Shown piece after piece: positions 34,601 through 34,892 of a DNA stretch of 34,892 nucleotides; positions within the stretch are counted from its first letter, which is position 1, and each line of letters opens with the position of its first letter. This stretch comes from Oikopleura dioica. Taxonomy: Eukaryota; Animalia; Chordata. The stretch lies in the NCBI GenBank assembly GCA_907165135.1, contig CAJRAX010000013.1, positions 1 to 34,892 on the forward strand. The letters run 5' to 3'. The notes beneath the pieces were generated by a model, which was not told where the DNA came from, did no database searches, and worked only from the letters and a program-made list of their open reading frames with translations. Position numbers and translations under genes: made by a program.

Positions 34601-34892
34601 AAAAAGCTAGTTTTTCTCGCGATTTCTCATCCACGAGACACTGATGAAATCCTTTGCGCAAATCAACGCAAGAAAAAATAAGGCTATTTTCTAAAAACCC
34701 TAAAACGTCCTCAATTTGTTGCAGCGGATGATGCTGCTGAAGCGTAAATGAATTCAATTTCCTGTAATCTATACACAGTCTGAATGTACCGTTTCGTTTT
34801 CTTACGAGTAACGCGGGGCTATTATAGGGTGAATTTATTCGCATTATTATGTCTTGACCAAGGTAGGACGTAAGAGTCCCAGTCATTACTCC
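31614..34892 (-). CDS. pol: Pol polyprotein (RT, RNase H, integrase, long C-terminal extension); 5' end outside window
   Basis: RT: SPYNSP, RLCIDYRKLN, DLRKGFHQ, RLPMGLKNAP, YLDD (34467-34478). RNase H: LETDAS, EKEL, ITDN. Integrase: zinc finger HDHSH...CHKC, core DLIGP / DNAKE / PQSNGQVENVN, and GPY/F motif FIGPYEV. The frame is open to the window edge. Confidence 0.97.
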   Translation of the reverse strand, partial: GVMTGTLTSYLGQDIIMRINSPYNSPALLVRKRNGTFRLCIDYRKLNSFTLQQHHPLQQIEDVLGFLENSLIFSCVDLRKGFHQCLVDEKSREKLAFSTEDGQFTWKRLPMGLKNAPIHFAKCMDVILRDTPKTQICAYLDDLVVHSRTEEEHLANLSKFFQILDQNNLRINIDKASFFERKACILGFEIFNGRIRPSQDKIEAVKNLSIPRNREEAQSLFGLLSQHRKFIKNFAPLGVEISKTYRGSFCWTKEATISLEKLKSIICHNTLELKIPPLNNGVFVLETDASNHSLGGVLYLCAERNKDHHHSHNCLQPIAYHSLNFTPAQQKYGTLEKELYSGKTCMERWRAYLAYVDFLWITDNSCVKYAQSFKTSNLKIQRWFTELQGFSFRIEQRKTHQMKISDCLSRNTLNCSINQIKFTPESFVEFQKSDRVLSQVRRFVKIDRWPNNPASELYPYFLRRPDLEILESGELAINSPAYQKRFCVPEALTETICSEYHDHSHFGIDITAEKISRKYFWPGLKNTVASFIKSCHKCQISKPNLQPNKPPLGKSETPSGPFEILYFDLIGPLQETDFGHKYVMVVIDGFSKKVYAEPLSCKKSDYLLQKFRSVLFRNPKFPKYMVLDNAKEHVLIEKFLKENKIGVHYIPPRHPQSNGQVENVNRTIKARLRARSNWVNWDIFLFEIVHEINSSLHTVLGTTPFCVETGIKSSHHFQDPYWRTYGDKIDVDFEKIRAKIEQEKQKRMNKFDNPRFKEYNLGDKVLIKNFREKFPPFIGPYEVTFKSPSGLWYTVKNDKDEFRRHAEHIKSYSQRNLTDETNNDAEKYPKIVTKVQENDLELFEFFSEDCLFSRDFLGRFAKNFSTEKESEIAHESLSSEMSDQSLQSEPYRERSSSSSEPDNFSSSSTLLIEMPLPKIYRNQQPDLNQVGNGSDIVLDSEKSSSDSELSVNLTSYDKLPEIDPLVALKRRRERSDDSVVERKIAKFTVENNLENMSILIKMENHDLDFFEHLNDKWKNTDDIEETYVENGIFIKLNELTRDSLLFILFKMNQDFDLEESRAKLQIKVKETIRREYPNWRKSRNGQLLFCGL

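Larger units (their letters stand above)
30168..34892 (-). mobile_element. E3: Ty3/gypsy (Metaviridae) LTR retrotransposon, 3' part; continues beyond the window
   Basis: RT-RNase H-integrase domain order. The element ends ...CCGTATCA exactly at the satellite junction (30168). Confidence 0.93.

Overview
Eukaryotic, AT-rich heterochromatin-like DNA with no host gene. About 18 kb is a 58-59 bp satellite (7338-30167, ~310 monomers, higher-order duplications) and about 1.8 kb is a ~163 bp satellite. The rest is transposons. There are three non-autonomous DNA elements: a hAT-like MITE with a nested Mutator-like foldback MITE, and a TTAA/Kolobok-like MITE. There are four LTR-type pieces. (i) A probable minus-strand LTR at the window start. 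(ii) E1 (+, 4572-7337): a 5'-truncated element with a frameshifted env-like glycoprotein, two unknown accessory ORFs and a 3' LTR. (iii) E2 (-, 23526-27541): a young, complete, gag-only LTR element whose Gag has an N-terminal Rho-N/HeH-like module and a predicted leader intron. (iv) E3 (-, 30168 to window edge): a Ty3/gypsy pol whose integrase ends in two tandem SAP/HeH-like domains instead of a chromodomain. The most interesting signal is a candidate satellite-targeting LTR system. E2 and E3 both carry helix-extension-helix type modules, and both abut the same rare satellite monomer variant. All domain calls are by-eye motif recognition with no database search. Several reading frames break at homopolymers, so assembly error cannot be excluded. 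The host species cannot be determined from this window.
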